64,000 bases of DNA from Chloroflexota bacterium (GTDB lineage Bacteria; Chloroflexota; Dehalococcoidia; DSTF01; JACRBR01). How positions within the stretch are numbered: the first letter of the stretch is position 1; each line of letters begins with the position of its first letter. Position numbers and translations under genes: made by a program. The stretch is from positions 464 to 64,463 of the forward strand of contig JANNPX010000029.1 of assembly GCA_031400455.1 (NCBI GenBank), read 5' to 3'. The notes under the pieces are model-generated. The model was not told the origin of the DNA. It was given only the letters and a program-made list of their open reading frames with translations, and made no database searches. Below are positions 62,573 to 64,000 of this stretch, piece after piece.

Positions 62573-63223
62573 CTACCGCAGGAACTGGAAGAAGCGCACG
62601 CCCGCCTCGAACGGCGGCGGTTCGGCGGTGAGGCGATGCGACCCGACGCGATAGCTGCGCTCGTCGGATGCGTCGAAGCGCGCCTCCTCGAAGCCGCGTG
62701 CGATGAACCAGCGGCAGATCTCCGGCGCCAGGTCGTCGTCGGGCCTGCCGTAGCGCGTCCAGATCACCGTAGCTCCGGACCCGCACAACATCGGCAGGTG
62801 GTTGATCGTGCGCTCGATGTCCTTGTGGCTGATGTTGCCGAAGATACCGCACGCCAGCAGGATGTCGGCCGGCGGCACTCCGGCGTAGCTGTCGGTCGTC
62901 GACGCGTCGGCGCAGCGCACGCTCACGCCGTCGAGTCCCGCTGCGCGTGCGCTCGTGCGCGCTGCTTCCGCCAGCGCGTCGTCCAGCTCGACGAGCACGG
63001 CGGTGACGTCATGGCGTCGCGGATGCTCGGCCAGCACGCCGATCACATCGCGCCCCTGCCCGGCGCACATGCTGGTGATGCGGATCGGCCCCGCCAGCGT
63101 GGCGCGCACGTCCAGCGCCGCGCGCACGTGCGCCTGCACAACGCGCAGCCGCTCCGACAGGCGCGAGTCCGGATCATCGTACGCGGCGTGCCACTGCTGC
63201 CAGTTGGTCGAGGCCTCGGTCAC
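62573..63223 (-). CDS. Class I SAM-dependent methyltransferase
   Basis: GTG start at 63223 preceded by AGGAGC. ...ITSMCAGQGRDVIGVL... (motif I) and ...ADILLACGIFGNI.... The ORF track start at 63436 would overlap tRNA-Cys and is rejected. Confidence 0.6.
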   Translation of the reverse strand: MTEASTNWQQWHAAYDDPDSRLSERLRVVQAHVRAALDVRATLAGPIRITSMCAGQGRDVIGVLAEHPRRHDVTAVLVELDDALAEAARTSARAAGLDGVSVRCADASTTDSYAGVPPADILLACGIFGNISHKDIERTINHLPMLCGSGATVIWTRYGRPDDDLAPEICRWFIARGFEEARFDASDERSYRVGSHRLTAEPPPFEAGVRFFQFLR

Positions 63224-63376
63224 GGGTGCTCCTGGGTGAGACGCATGAATCGGGTTCGCGCGCGAACACACGTAAATCATCGCCGAAGCGGTCGCCTGCA
63301 TGCAATGTGATGGCATCGGCTGCCGATAAAGCACGAAAGCCGCTCGACAGTGAGCGGCTTTCGTATCTGGGAACGA

Positions 63377-63450
<74 letters not shown>

Positions 63451-63520
63451 GTTATTCCGCGGGCCGCTTGAATACGAATCCGCCCGGCGGAACTCGGGCG
63501 GACGCGGTCGAATCTGCATG

Positions 63521-63609
63521 TGGTGCCGAGGAGGAGATTTGAACTCCTACACCCTTGCGGGCACGGCCCCCTCAAGACCGCGTGTCTGCCTATTCCACCA
63601 CCTCGGCGC
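63521..63609 (-). tRNA. tRNA-Leu (anticodon GAG), long variable arm
   Basis: Reverse complement GCGCCGAGGTGGTGGAATAGGCAGACACGCGGTCTTGAGGGGGCCGTGCCCGCAAGGGTGTAGGAGTTCAAATCTCCTCCTCGGCACCA. Anticodon stem CGGTC/GGCCG, loop TTGAGGG. Class II tRNA, closely matching the layout of E. coli tRNA-Leu. Confidence 0.8.
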
Positions 63610-63749
63610 AAGCTGTCGCGTAAGCGCCAGTGCACCAGCAGTATAGTCGGTACTTCTCGCGCCGCAAAACACGCCTCCCCGGTACTATGGTCGCGCCAGC
63701 GAGAGTCGCGCCAGCGAGCGCGCCGCGGCCGTCAGCGAGAGGATCGGGC

Positions 63750-64000
63750 ATGCATCGAACGGTGGCGGCGGCGATTCTTGCGGCGCTCATCGTCGCGGGT
63801 GCGGCGACGTCCGCGTGCGGCCTCATAGGAGGCGCCGGCACGAAGGTCGTGATCCCGGCGGACTACCACACCGCCGACCCGACGTACACGCTGCTCTACA
63901 GCACCATTGGCTACGAGAGCGCGGCGACGAAGCGCGTGCTGATCCGCCAGAACGACACGACCGTCGCGGCCAGCCAGGGCTTTGCCTTCGCCTGGCGTCT
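63750..64000 (+). CDS. Lipoprotein/secreted protein, 5' partial (runs off the window end)
   Basis: GAGAGGA SD, ATG 63750. MHRTVAAAILAALIVAGAATSACG signal plus lipobox. Confidence 0.45.
   Translation, partial: MHRTVAAAILAALIVAGAATSACGLIGGAGTKVVIPADYHTADPTYTLLYSTIGYESAATKRVLIRQNDTTVAASQGFAFAWR

Noticed and set aside
59400-63300. Integrase, transposase or attachment-site repeat defining a mobile element at the tRNA-Cys-adjacent island
   Set aside because: No recombinase-like ORF and no duplicated tRNA 3' end were found. The compositional island is reported only as a finding.

Overview
High-GC (about 68-70% in sampled 60-nt stretches) bacterial chromosomal window, Actinobacteria- or Chloroflexi-like. 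Most of it is dense housekeeping and metabolic genes. There is a branched-chain amino acid operon ilvB-ilvN-ilvC-leuA-[vapB-vapC]-leuC-leuD, with a VapBC toxin-antitoxin pair wedged between leuA and leuC and translationally coupled to leuC. There are also ilvD, the F420 genes cofG/cofH and later cofD, menA, dnaJ, lepB, greA, prmA, rsmE, rsmG, mug, two ECF sigma/anti-sigma pairs, htrA, a Baeyer-Villiger monooxygenase, CDF and MFS transporters, and tRNA-Cys and tRNA-Leu at the right end. The regions worth a second look are: (1) a minus-strand operon of two translationally coupled giant signalling proteins (zinc-ribbon/Ser-Thr kinase/P-loop NTPase/TPR/class III nucleotide cyclase of 1475 aa, and cyclase/P-loop NTPase/TPR of 1105 aa) followed by two methyltransferases; (2) an ApbE (FAD:protein FMN transferase) operon with a di-heme MsrQ/ferric-reductase-like membrane protein and two paralogous Pro-rich membrane-anchored proteins, a candidate extracytoplasmic flavinylation/electron-transfer module; (3) a lower-GC islet (10.85-12.42 kb) with three small secreted Cys-containing proteins, two of them divergent paralogs, each preceded by a copy of the same ~35-nt GC-hairpin element; (4) a lower-GC tRNA-adjacent island (59.4-63.3 kb) with a dockerin-like protein, hypothetical proteins, a methyltransferase and a ~480-nt highly structured non-coding stretch; (5) candidate Leu-rich leader peptides and perfect palindromes upstream of ilvB and leuA. 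No CRISPR arrays, rRNA genes or transposases/integrases were seen. The many long ORFs antisense to or out of frame with the real genes are high-GC artefacts.
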